DNA from: Mytilus trossulus
Lineage: Eukaryota
Assembly: GCF_036588685.1 (NCBI RefSeq)
Contig: NC_086373.1
Span: forward strand, 38,006,001 to 38,070,000
Length of the DNA: 64,000 nucleotides
Direction of reading: 5' to 3'
Part shown: positions 40,901-49,182 of the stretch, piece after piece
How the letters are laid out: each line of letters starts with the position of its first letter
Position numbering within the stretch: position 1 is the stretch's first letter
Position numbers and translations under genes: made by a program
The notes under the pieces: model-generated
What the model was told of the DNA's origin: nothing
Database searches by the model: none
Seen by the model: only the letters and a program-made list of their open reading frames with translations

Positions 40901-43900
40901 CAACGTTACATTAGCGCTTTCATAAATAAATAGTAAAAACTGTGTTTCTTATTCTTACAAGAATAAATGAATATGTTAGTTAAACATTTAATAAATAATA
41001 AATTTATATTTAAAATTTGAATATTTCAAATCTTACACTGATCAAAGCTCTCTTTTCGTCATCTGGATTTAAATCGTTTGGTCTCTGATAATAGTCCTGA
41101 AGAATACAAGTCACTGTTTCACGTAGAGTTACAACACTTTTTCTACCTGGTATGTCTGTAATAATGATTTCGTCTCCAAAATGTTCCAATCTTTTCTTTA
41201 AATACATCTGACTATAAGCATTCCCATCACACATCTCGTCCAAGATCTGATATGGAAATCTGTTCGTCGTCATGATGTTTAAGGAAGTCGACTATTTTGT
41301 AGAAGCCGTCTTCTTGCAAAGTTGGCCTTCCTCTTTGGTTTTTCAGGCTTTGCGTCTGGTGATATGGGAGAACGGAATACAGGAGTGTTTTTGCACGTGC
41401 GGAAGTTTACACTACATGCCTGGTGATAAACAGCATCCGCTGCTTGGAGGTCGCTTACGCTCTCCAGTCTTCCGCGAACCTCATCTGCCCAATCTTCATT
41501 CCGAAGATCACAAGCATCTTGTATGCGACTCTCAAAATCATCAGTTCGAACCTGAAATACATTTTTGTCTTTTTTCTTGGAGTCTGTTGCTTCATTTCCA
41601 CAGAATAAACAATGTTGTTTAAAATCAAAATGGGACTTTGATCGTAATTTTGGAGTATTTGTATTAATTTCTCTCAGAACAAGTTTTTCTTTTTTGTATG
41701 TCTTTATGTCATTTGGATTGGTATATGTTTTCCTGCAGAGTTGATGGACAAAATTACCCTTATGCGGACAAACAGTCTCCTCTTTCCTGGCTAGCTTTGA
41801 TGATTCCAAGACAACCTTTTTGTCGCAATTTGATCAGTGTTGTTTGGTGGTCATCTTTTAGGCACACAATACATTTCTTCATAGTATAGATGTAGCTGAA
41901 AAGAAATAGTACACAATCATTTGTTGTTACATATTTAATTTTTATATTTGTCATATAACATATCAATACACATTAAAATATTATTCAGAACAACAAATAT
42001 AAACAACATCGACTCTTAATGAATAATGTTTTCTTGTCCGTGTGATGTTTCTTTTTTTAGTGTGTCTATACACTGTAATTCATTTGTCCATTTCTCAACT
42101 TCTTATGAATTCTAGCACTGCTGAAGATAATGAATTATTTGAAAAGTGTCAAAAAGGGCGACAAGAGAATCAATAGGCTTAAATCGCGTCCGAGAAAACG
42201 AAAAGGACATTAAGACAAACAAGACAAACTATACAAAGTACACACAGAAACGAGCATCTTGAACTTAAGAAGTACAATTTTATTGTAAAGCATTAAAAAA
42301 AGTATACTATGTTCGATGTTTTCCCTACTTGGAAATTTTCGATTGTGTTTTATTGTAACCTATTCCGTACATTTGTTTAGTTGACTATTCATTTTGAATT
42401 TGGTTTGAATTGACTTTTGATGGAACAAGATACGCAATCAAATATTTTTGACACGACTGTGAAAAAATACTTTCAATGAAATAGGCAATGCAGAAAAATA
42501 TAATATAGTACCTGATTTAGAAATTATTCGTGTGCTTAACAATTAGCACAGTGACTGTGGTTAGCTCCAATAAAATCATGACGCTAAATCGGACATAGGT
42601 TTCTTCAAGTGAAAGCTGAAATAGAATTACAAAATAGTTATTTTCGACAATAATTCATTAAAAAAGGAAGGAAACAATTATTTAAAATTATTTATTTGAA
42701 GAAAACGCAATAGAAGATAAGAATAAATGCTTTGGCTATAGTAATTAGTTCAAAATCGACAAAATTGCAATTTTTACTGTCCATTTTTGTTAATTTGGCG
42801 TTCCATACTTTTTTGTTTCCGTTAGGTACGAGTCTTACTACGTCCCTTTAAATTATTTTTATTGTTAAATTTTGGACTTTATTAATTGAAATTTAATTGA
42901 TTTTATGTAAAGGTAGTTGATTTTATTTATTTTCTTTGAACTTAACAAAAATATAGTGATCTTTGTCGTTTGACCTGCGTCAAGAACTTTCGTCTAATTC
43001 ATTTCTTGACGCATTTCCGAATATCTAAATACACGTAAAACATAAGTGTATGTTAAAAAAACACTTACCAGCATACTTTTATAATAACATAAATTTATGT
43101 AAGCGATTCTTTCAGTGATATCATCTTCTCAGTTGGTTTCTATAAATTCACATATGTAAGAGTCTTCTCCCTTTGTCAATATGGCGGACCATTTCTGACA
43201 TGAATCGGCAGGCACGTCACCGATATTTTTATTTTCAATTTTCACCGATTTCCGACCGTACGATTTTGTTAGACTTTTTTAACGGTAATGTTCTATGATA
43301 ATCTCATATGATATATAAAAAATCTTTTCTGTTGCAATTTGTTTAGGTTGATTCTGAAGACAGACTAGACTACTACACATTATGTCAAAATGAGACATTA
43401 AGACTTACATTAAGGTGGTATGGGAGTCTAAAATAAAAATGATAGAATTTGTTCATACTCTGCCAAAACTTAGTATCTATTGATATATGTTTAAAAATAT
43501 AATAAAATTGATAGGTCACCGTGCATTTTCTCAAGCTACAGGACGTGACAAAATGATAAATTTTGTATGGATTATACAGGGAAAAACACCATTTTGTGAT
43601 TAGAAACTAAACACAATGATAGAATTGTTAAATACTTGAGGAAAAGATAGCTTTCTGACAATGCTTTGAGAATATCAAAAGAAAAGATAGGGTCACCGTA
43701 CGTTTTTTCCGGCTAAAATACAAAATAGGAAAAGTGCATAAGAATCCTTCAGAAAATGCACTGTTTTAGAGTTACCTCCCCTTGAAATGCCAATTAATTA
43801 ATTTTTTTAAACAACCAAAACTAATCAACATTTGCAAAAATATTAATATTTGTAGGTTATATTCTTATAAATTGGTTCTTTTAAATGAAAATCACATTAA

Positions 43901-44926
43901 ATATCTGCATTCCTGCATCACATTTTGCTAACTTGATAAAAAATCTGAACCTTTGGTTCTCTGTTTTTTACAATCCAAGATGGAGGAAGACACCCCTACC
44001 ACCTTAAGTGATCATCTTTATCTTTCAATTAAAAGAGACAAAAATGATGGTTAAAAATTCGGGTTTCTAGATATATTCCGATAGAATTGTTATAAAAGTT
44101 ACTAAAATTATAATTTTATACGCCATACACGCGTTTCGTCTACATAAGACTCATCAGTGACGGTCAGATCCAAATAGTTGGAAAGACAAACAAGTACAAA
44201 GTTGAAGAGCATTGTGATAAAAGGTTGAAAAATCCAGATAACTTCAAGGAGTTTAAAGAATTCTGAAGTAGTTTACCAATTTTAATGATAAAATATCTGA
44301 AATAAATTCTTATAATTTATAAGTCACAGTTTATACTGATAGTGCACCAAGGTAAGTACTATACATGACCACATTTTTGAAGTAGATATAAAATAAACAA
44401 GTTCTATTTCATTTCATTGCTTATGTGGACCTAATTATGTAAATCCAAATCACTTGTCGAAAAATAGACAATACATAATGAAACGTTTATTTTGAACAGA
44501 TTTATTATAAAACTGCAAATTTTAAATAGATTTTTTTGTTCTGAGTTCTGAATTTAATTTAAAGGGAATTTCTGTGAAAGTTTTGCATATTTTTTTTATA
44601 TTTTAGAGCTCCTAACAATATCAATAAATCCGTCAAATGGCACTGCTATTTACGGAGACGTCTCGTACACAATTGAGTGTACTATAAGTGGCATTCCCCA
44701 GGCTACATCATGGTCTTGGTTAAAGAGACTAATCACAGGCGGCGAATTGACAACAATATCTGCTGGAAGCAAATATACTATAGTAAATTCTGCCACTCTT
44801 CCGCATTTAACTATCAACAGTATAGTTGAGGATGACGAACAGGACTATTTTTGTCAAGGGACCAATGATGCAGGAACACAAATCAGTACAAGTGCAAGGC
44901 TAATTGTTAATGAAGATCAGTTCTAA
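431..44926 (+). CDS. Multi-exon gene (5' end outside window): FCGBP/zonadhesin/mucin-like VWD-C8-TIL module followed by ~21-22 tandem Ig-like domains
   Basis: Exons 431-675, 1614-1936, 3020-3294, 7840-8051, 8887-9049, then Ig exons A/B. All have AG/GT boundaries, and junction phases (0,2,1,0,1,1...) join into one open frame. The 3' end is uncertain (B11, A12 and B12 are damaged). Confidence 0.8.
1614..1936 (+). CDS. Exon: C-terminal half of VWD domain
   Basis: ccttAG acceptor; VNGIAIELP...VQFDGDH...KLTGLCGNCNGNKQDD (VWD GLCG motif); donor AA|gtaaga, phase 2. Confidence 0.88.
2365..2953. mobile_element. Non-autonomous TTAA DNA transposon (Kolobok-like MITE)
   Basis: TTAA|GGTGGTATGG...CCATACCACC|TTAA; a second, inverted copy lies at 43414-44003. 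RR...YY termini with TTAA TSD fit Kolobok. Confidence 0.85.
3020..3294 (+). CDS. Exon: C8 domain
   Basis: caacAG acceptor; C..L...SPFKIC...CEFDVC...HCPTLQHTAYECSQHG..VKWRNSNIC; donor C|gtaagt, phase 1. Confidence 0.88.
4077..5265 (-). mobile_element. Tc1/mariner deletion derivative
   Basis: TA TSD and ~40-bp TIRs (TACTGAGTGCCAATGAAAACGCA...). Decayed transposase on - strand 4963-4277: MPGLSDNQR..LGM, GSVND, QDRYI, ALREKWNKFP..I...S.PRRC....RG.NT, with stops and frameshifts; no DDE core found. Confidence 0.85.
5286..7713 (+). mobile_element. Non-autonomous Helentron (HINE/DINE-1-like) with internal ~500-bp tandem repeats
   Basis: 5' TTTTTAGCTCACCTG..GTGAGCT palindrome, (GTC)n microsatellite, repeat starts at 5401/5914/6414/6927/7428, 3' subterminal IR AGGTGAGC plus hairpin AGGCTC-TTGA-GAGCCT ending CTTGTT. 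Confidence 0.85.
7840..8051 (+). CDS. Exon: TIL (trypsin-inhibitor-like Cys-rich) domain
   Basis: ttacAG acceptor; PLNC...SCTNTCENP...CQDPPVDGCTCPD...GGKCVTIDNCG; donor GCA|gtaagt. Confidence 0.88.
8245..8435 (+). mobile_element. Degenerate SINE-like repeat (Nin-domain-like core)
   Basis: GGATCTACCTACTCTCCCGGGCACCTGAGAACATCCCGGTTTTGG...GTTGCTCAGTCTTTA resembles the molluscan Nin-SINE core as I recall it; unverified. Confidence 0.45.
8887..9049 (+). CDS. Exon: Cys-rich TILa/VWC-like module
   Basis: ttgtAG acceptor; VGDSYPKGNCTVSQKC...ICDVDELCTANDIGLYDCTKNS; donor A|gtaagt, phase 1, compatible with Ig exon A1. Confidence 0.78.
9120..9375 (+). repeat. Dispersed repeat with a related copy at ~2035-2140
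   Basis: Shared motif CTCCGAG..AAATT...AAAGTCCCTAATCA.AT..CAAAATCAAA...ATGGA.AA.AA.TGTCATA.T.CTGA.TT.GTA in both places. Confidence 0.6.
9894..10654 (+). mobile_element. Non-autonomous Helitron
   Basis: A|TCTATAATACTAAAAT 5' end, 3' GC hairpin (ACCCGCGATGGCACGGGT) then CTAA|T; internal ~420-bp-spaced duplication; homologous 3' end at 47142-47242 ending CTAG|T. Confidence 0.7.
12465..12770 (+). CDS. Ig-like exon A1
   Basis: tttcAG/GTgagt, 306 nt, phase 1-1; ITC...ITW...PSLTV...DGGTYECFATNAVG (I-set-like). Confidence 0.9.
13237..13545 (+). CDS. Ig-like exon B1
   Basis: ttttAG/GTcagt, 309 nt, phase 1-1; TIECTISG...WSW...HLTINSI..DDEQDYFCQGTNDAG. Confidence 0.9.
14432..14737 (+). CDS. Ig-like exon A2
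   Basis: Copy of A with intact splice sites (LDFK variant). Confidence 0.9.
15206..15514 (+). CDS. Ig-like exon B2
   Basis: Copy of B with intact splice sites. Confidence 0.9.
16400..16705 (+). CDS. Ig-like exon A3
   Basis: Copy of A with intact splice sites (LDFQ). Confidence 0.9.
17175..17483 (+). CDS. Ig-like exon B3
   Basis: Copy of B, TIGC variant, intact splice sites. Confidence 0.9.
18369..18674 (+). CDS. Ig-like exon A4
   Basis: Copy of A, same LDFK variant as A2. Confidence 0.9.
19145..19453 (+). CDS. Ig-like exon B4
   Basis: Copy of B with intact splice sites. Confidence 0.9.
20340..20645 (+). CDS. Ig-like exon A5
   Basis: Copy of A, same variants as A3. Confidence 0.9.
21115..21423 (+). 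CDS. Ig-like exon B5
   Basis: Copy of B, same TIGC variant as B3. Confidence 0.9.
22310..22615 (+). CDS. Ig-like exon A6 (core Trp->Leu)
   Basis: Copy of A; TGG>TTG at 22417-22419. Confidence 0.88.
23086..23394 (+). CDS. Ig-like exon B6
   Basis: Copy of B; donor GTtagt. Confidence 0.88.
24279..24584 (+). CDS. Ig-like exon A7
   Basis: Copy of A with intact splice sites. Confidence 0.9.
25054..25362 (+). CDS. Ig-like exon B7
   Basis: Copy of B (KYIIV variant). Confidence 0.9.
26247..26552 (+). CDS. Ig-like exon A8
   Basis: Copy of A (TIQNP variant). Confidence 0.9.
27022..27330 (+). CDS. Ig-like exon B8
   Basis: Copy of B (QGAND variant). Confidence 0.9.
28348..28653 (+). CDS. Ig-like exon A9
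   Basis: Copy of A with intact splice sites. Confidence 0.9.
29123..29431 (+). CDS. Ig-like exon B9
   Basis: Copy of B (WLKR, NNIV, DEKD variants); donor GTtagt. Confidence 0.88.
30316..30621 (+). CDS. Ig-like exon A10
   Basis: Copy of A (TPTG, QSH, IHDP variants). Confidence 0.9.
31092..31400 (+). CDS. Ig-like exon B10
   Basis: Copy of B; donor GTtagt. Confidence 0.88.
32285..32590 (+). CDS. Ig-like exon A11
   Basis: Copy of A, same variants as A10. Confidence 0.9.
33065..33261 (+). pseudogene. Truncated Ig exon B11
   Basis: Acceptor and first ~27 codons (to TIECTI) are present, then unrelated sequence from 33146. The frame stops at TAG 33259-33261. Confidence 0.85.
33929..34235 (+). 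pseudogene. Degenerate Ig exon A12
   Basis: Diverged A copy: first Ig Cys lost (ITG), 1-nt insertion just before the donor (307 nt), donor weakened to GTgtgt. Confidence 0.8.
36772..37405 (-). repeat. 3' LTR
   Basis: Direct repeat of 40403-41037; about 6 substitutions and 1 indel counted by eye. Confidence 0.95.
37490..40338 (-). pseudogene. BEL/Pao gag-protease polyprotein remnant with integrase C-terminal tail
   Basis: Coiled-coil gag N-terminus; PKPELLTFNG/RLSYLIQYC.GEAK/RYG (DUF1759-like); CYNCL and C..CNVKH..LLH knuckles; protease ALLDDGAD and LGWAIRGP; tail QRSKW..DIVLV..RSCVVKT..KLCLLE. A frameshift near 39650-39700 and an in-frame TAG at 39479-39481; RT, RNaseH and integrase core are absent. 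Confidence 0.9.
37686..37913 (-). pseudogene. PL-III: Captured copy of sperm protamine-like protein PL-III (phi-1)
   Basis: ATG at 37888: MPSPTHRSSKSMSNRRSRSRSAFASPGKAAKRARSKNPRRGKKRARSPSKKAR. This closely matches the Mytilus PL-III N-terminus as I recall it, and a shifted frame gives the C-terminal RRGKKAAAKK. Confidence 0.85.
40403..41037 (-). repeat. 5' LTR
   Basis: Direct repeat of 36772-37405, upstream of the gag ATG at 40338. Confidence 0.95.
43414..44003. mobile_element. Kolobok-like TTAA MITE (inverted copy of 2365-2953)
   Basis: TTAA|GGTGGTA...TACCACC|TTAA; the other array units show the empty site GACTTACA-TTAA-GTGATC. Confidence 0.9.
44121..44162 (-). ncRNA. Minimal type I hammerhead ribozyme motif (Penelope/retrozyme-type repeat fragment)
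   Basis: Minus strand CGTCA-CTGATGA-GTC ttatgta GAC-GAAA-CGCGTG-TA-TGGCG: complete core, stem I CGTCA/TGGCG, stem II GTC/GAC, short quasi-palindromic stem III. Confidence 0.7.
44607..44926 (+). CDS. Ig-like exon B12 (donor lost; possible terminal exon or pseudo-exon)
   Basis: Intact acceptor and Ig motifs; GGAG|GTCAG has become GAAG ATCAG; reads through to TAA at 44924-44926. Confidence 0.65.
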
Positions 44927-44974
44927 GTTTAGCTGATGAAGTAAATAAGAACTACATTCTAATGACATTCAACG

Positions 44975-45372
44975 CAATAGACCACTTTCGTGTTCATCCG
45001 TCACCGGCAAAAACTCGTCAATTATGCATGCCTTTATGACGTCATTTACCAGATAGAGGGGCTCGCCTGTATCCCTGCACTATTTACGTTCATCAAGCGT
45101 CTTGGTGATCGTCTTTGTGCAGGATAAACTAGAAATAAGGGTTGCTCTGTAGGTACTTACTGACAATTCCCTAATGACAGCAGTGTTGATTGTCAATTTT
45201 GAGAATTCAATTTGCCGAATAATTCGTACAATATAGAATTATAGTTTTCCATCCACTCGCTCAACCATGGAAGGAAGTGACGACGCCCCTAAACGCACAA
45301 ATGACGGTGATAAAGGCGCGTATAATTGACGAGTTTTTTCCGGTGACGGATGAACTCGAAAGTGGTCTATTG
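44975..45372. mobile_element. MITE with ~70-bp TIRs
   Basis: CAATAGACCACTTTCG.GTTCATCCGTCACCGG.AAAAACTCGTCAATTAT... mirrored at the right end; no obvious TSD. Confidence 0.8.
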
Positions 45373-46789
45373 TACAAACATTATTAATTGCAATATTTGA
45401 TAAAAGTGACAATTGATTAGGGGAAAACATGTCAAAGAGAGACACCATATTATTTGTGATAGTAAAGAAAAAGAAATGCACTAAAAAATTAGTTCTATGT
45501 AATAAATCAAGATAAATTTTTCTGCATTTTTGCATTGGTTTTCTTTGAAATGAAATTGCGTGCATACCTTTTGAAGTGTTGAATCCTGATGTATTTTCAA
45601 CAGCATAAGCGCAAACTCGAAATCGAAGCAAGAGTATTTGATATAGCATCTCACTTCAGATTCTATCATTTTTATATATCAAAGCTGCAGGTTGAATTTA
45701 TAACGTCAAAAAATCACAGTACTAAAAGATGAAATATATGGGTCAAGTGAAATACCTATCTAATGAATCACAAAAACAGAGTAGGTGTGTTCGAATAGCT
45801 ATTTTTTTCTAAAAGTACTTGACGTCAGTCTTTTAATTTGGATGATGAAAATGGATATCTTCGAAAAAATATGACTTTCTTGTGTGTGATTACTAGGGTT
45901 TAAAATCTTCAACCACTGAAAATGATTAGTCGGCCCTTCCACGGCTCGAAATATTTAATTACAATTTTTTTAAATGCTTAAGAATTTTCCAAAATTCCAC
46001 CTGACATCCGAACAGACAATATTTTTAAGTTGAATCAATGCAGACAAGATCATTAACTGATGCTCATTAGCTAGTAGATACATTTAACTGATATATAACG
46101 ATCGATCGTAATGGTACTATGTGGATAAATTTATCAGTTTTCAAGAGCAAAATTGGCAGAGCGTCATCCCTACAATGGCTTCCATTTCTACGATTGTGAG
46201 CATGAACTGGCGTAATGGGGAGACAATTTTGAAGAAGAAGAAGAATCCTGACTGTAGGGATAACATTTCTTTATATATACAACTTGACAACGTTCCGCCT
46301 TGTGATACGTTCGTACAAGACTATTTTAAGGATCTGCTTTGCTGGAGCTCACCTTCACTAGTTTAGTCGTATAATATTTTCAAAATATTTCTGTTATTTT
46401 ATTTTCACGACAAAATGGAAGACGATGTAATATCAATGGGTTTACATGCATTGAAATTTTTAAAAATGTGTATTTCTTATGTCATTAAAAGGAATCTTAG
46501 AAATAAGAAAAATCTTTTGTCGAGTAGTTGGAGGCTGTGAACCGCATTTTTTTCATTATACTTGTGAGGTGTCATTTTATCGCGCTTTTGTAGCATGTCA
46601 TTTTGCAAAGTTTTAAACATTAAACCCTCTACTGTAAAAAAGATACATATGGCAATCATTGCATTTGAAGTACGACTTATTTTCTTCTACCTATAGGATA
46701 ATACTCTCATATTAATATGTTTATACCAATACGATTAATCATTTGATACAAAAAGGTAGTTATATAAATACTGATATTTCTTAGAATTG

Positions 46790-47140
46790 AGGGTCATCCT
46801 TTAAAAGTTATGGTCATCATTTACAAATTACGGTCATCTTAAAAGCAATTACGGTCACCCTTGTTATGAATCGCTGATTCTGTTACGGTCATCTCGATTG
46901 TGATTTACGGTCATCTGAGCGATTTTTTCTAATCGAATTTCCCGTTTCATGCACATTTCTCGGAAGTAATCAGTGATTTCCGAGTGATTCTTTTATAAAT
47001 TTATATCGTTTCAATGTATGAATTGTAAAGAAAATGATATAGAAACACTTAAACAGACAATACAGAAACTGACCTAATTTTTCGTCCGACATCTTGGGAT
47101 GACCGTGAATGCAGTTACGGTCATCAGCTTTACCCCAGTG
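46790..47140. mobile_element. One end of a CACTG-terminated DNA transposon with subterminal TTACGGTCATC repeats
   Basis: About 8 copies of (TTAC)GGTCATC in both orientations, ending ...CCCCAGTG; no partner end found. Confidence 0.45.
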
Positions 47141-47141
47141 T

Positions 47142-47242
47142 TTATCAGATTGCAATACCTATACTAAAATAAGACTTACGCATAGTTATATACATGTACT
47201 TTAATTCAGTCACGGACCCGCGATATCACGGATGTGTTCTAG
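47142..47242 (+). mobile_element. Helitron 3' end fragment
   Basis: Homologous to 10563-10654; hairpin then CTAG|T. Confidence 0.65.
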
Positions 47243-48157
47243 TACTTCTAATAAAATCCCTTTGACATGATATAGTTAACTGTTTACATCCACTTCATTT
47301 ACACTTTGACGAATAGTTATTTCATAGGTATTTAAGCCACATTATTTTGATATAGTCAGGTAATTTAAAAGTGAGTGTTGTTTGTGTTTTGTGTTAATTA
47401 TTCAATTATCTCACTTGAATAGACTGGAAAACACGTGTTATATTTTATTTGTATTAACTGAAGTTACCACCCATTATTATGTTCATTTGAATTATTTCAA
47501 AATATTTGAAAAACAAAACAGTTTTTACTCTATTAAACTTATAAATTCAAAAGAGCGATAAACTATTTATATACAAATACAATTAACATATCAACGAGTT
47601 CCTTCCCAAAAGTTAAATTGCAAGACTCAGAAATAAAAAACACCGAAAATTGCATTATATTTTTATTTAGATAAAATGATTCATTTCAGTGTGTAGGGGT
47701 GCGCTGTTACCTAATGAAGGGAACTGAAGGTTAGGGCGCCAATCCTTCCAAAATTCCGGCAGGCAGTAGTGTTTTTGGCCGATGGACTGTATTAATATAC
47801 AGGCTTCAGCGCCGACGGAGGAGAACCTGATACTGCTTTAGCCGTGCACCTCCACAAGGTGTAATTTCTTCTGGCTTGGAAAAAATTATTTTGGAACTGA
47901 TGTCTTCCTATCTTCAGTCATTCACTTTATTTTTGAAACTCTCTTTCAATTTTTTTTTTCTCACCGGCTATGTTCCACACTTTCTCTTTCTCTTACTCTA
48001 ATTTTTTTATTTCATTTTCTAACACTGATTTTTTTCCTTCGATCTCTTTCATACTCTCTTTTACTTTCTCTCATACCCTGTTTCTTACTTTCTCTCACAC
48101 CCTATTTCTTACTTTCTCTCACACAATCTTCCTAACTTTCTCTCAATGTCTAACAGT

Positions 48158-49182
48158 GTGAGAGAGAGAGGCAGTGTGTGTGTGCGAGAGGGAGCTACTG
48201 TGTGAGGGAAAGAATGTGTGTGCGTGAGGGAGAGACTCTGTGAGGGAAAGAATGTGTGTGCGTGAGGGAGAGACTGTGAGGGAAAGAATGTGTGCGTGAG
48301 GGAAAGAATGTGTGTGCTTGAGGGAGAGACTGTGTGAGTGAAAGATTGTGTGAGGGAAAGAATGTGTGTGCGTGAGGGACAGACTGTGTGAGGGAAAGAA
48401 TGTGTGTGCGTGAGGGAGAGACTGTGTGAGGGAAAGACTGTGTGAGGGAATGAATGTGTGTGCGTGAGGGAGAGACTGTGTGAGGTAAAGAATGTGTGCG
48501 TGAGGGAGAGACTGTGTGAGGGAAAGAATGTGTGTGCGTGAGGGAGAGACTGTGTGAGGGAAAGAATGTGTGTCTACGTTAGGGAAAGACTGTGTGAGGG
48601 AAAGAAGGTGTGTGCGTGAGGGAGAGACTGTGTGAGGGAAAGAATGTGTGTGCGTGAGGGAGAGACTGTGTGAGGGAAAGAATGTGTGTGTGTGAGGGAG
48701 AGACTGTGTGAGGGAAAGAATGTGTGTGCGTGAGGGAGAGACTGTGTGAGGGAAAGACTGTGTGAGGGAAAGACTGTGTGAGGGAAAGAATGTGTGTGCG
48801 TGAGGGAGAGACTGTGTGAGGGAAAGAATGTGTGTGCGTGAGGGAGAGGCTGTGTGAGGGAAAGAATGTGTGTGCGTGAGGGAGAGACTGTGTGAGGGAA
48901 CGAATGTGTGTGCGTGAGGGAGAGACTGTGTGAGGGAAAGAATGTGTGTGCGTGAGGAAGAGACTGTGTGAGGGAAAGAATGTGTGTGCGTGAGGGAGAG
49001 ACAGTGTGAGGGAAAGAATGTGTGTGCGTGAGGGAGAGACTGTGTGAGGGAAAGACTGTGTGTGTGAGGGACCGACTGTGTGTGAGAGTGAGTGCGAAAA
49101 AGTGTGTGATAGAGAGAGATAGAGAGAGTGTATGAGAGTGAGACAGTGTGCGATAGAGAGCGTGAGAGAGAGAGAGAGAGAG
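48158..49182 (+). repeat. 38-bp TGAGGG-rich minisatellite flanked by GA/GT microsatellite
   Basis: Unit GGAGAGACTGTGTGAGGGAAAGAATGTGTGTGCGTGAG (18+20-nt sub-units), more than 20 copies. Confidence 0.95.

Larger units (their letters stand above)
36772..41037 (-). mobile_element. BEL/Pao LTR retrotransposon, internally deleted (non-autonomous)
   Basis: TG...CA LTRs of 634 and 635 bp, 5-bp TSD CTGAT (36767-36771 and 41038-41042), PPT GGGGAG next to the 3' LTR, BEL-type gag/protease and integrase C-tail. Confidence 0.93.
35208..41882 (-). pseudogene. Academ-type transposase pseudogene with C-terminal Cys-rich (CXC/Cys8) finger, interrupted by the LTR element
   Basis: Motifs FDFKQHCLFC, DLQAADAVYHQAC, ADNVDHN..T.D...TFHGM, LTFDQPLY.KA, FHTEMSFLGSIG, GKAVARAFRGH, PEDWGW, APEKLLRIIRCNCK...CSCRKHG..CS.ACGEC. 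Frameshifts and a large internal deletion. Removing the LTR element restores DEKRALI-RAAVKLIKSDI. Confidence 0.8.
34365..43372 (-). mobile_element. Academ-like DNA transposon (defective)
   Basis: Perfect 14-bp terminal IR AGTCTAGTCTGTCT plus matching subterminal blocks (CTAAACAAATTGCAACAGAAA; AAAATCGTACG.TCGGAAATC). Splits the array intron. No clean TSD seen. Confidence 0.8.

Noticed and set aside
47690-48145. E/K-rich coiled-coil-like reading on the minus strand, and the nearby 49257-49496 ORF
   Set aside because: Multiple stops and no identifiable family; could be a decayed gene or TE but cannot be supported without a search.
48158-49182. Interstitial telomere
   Set aside because: The motif is TGAGGG at 18-20-nt spacing, not contiguous TTAGGG.
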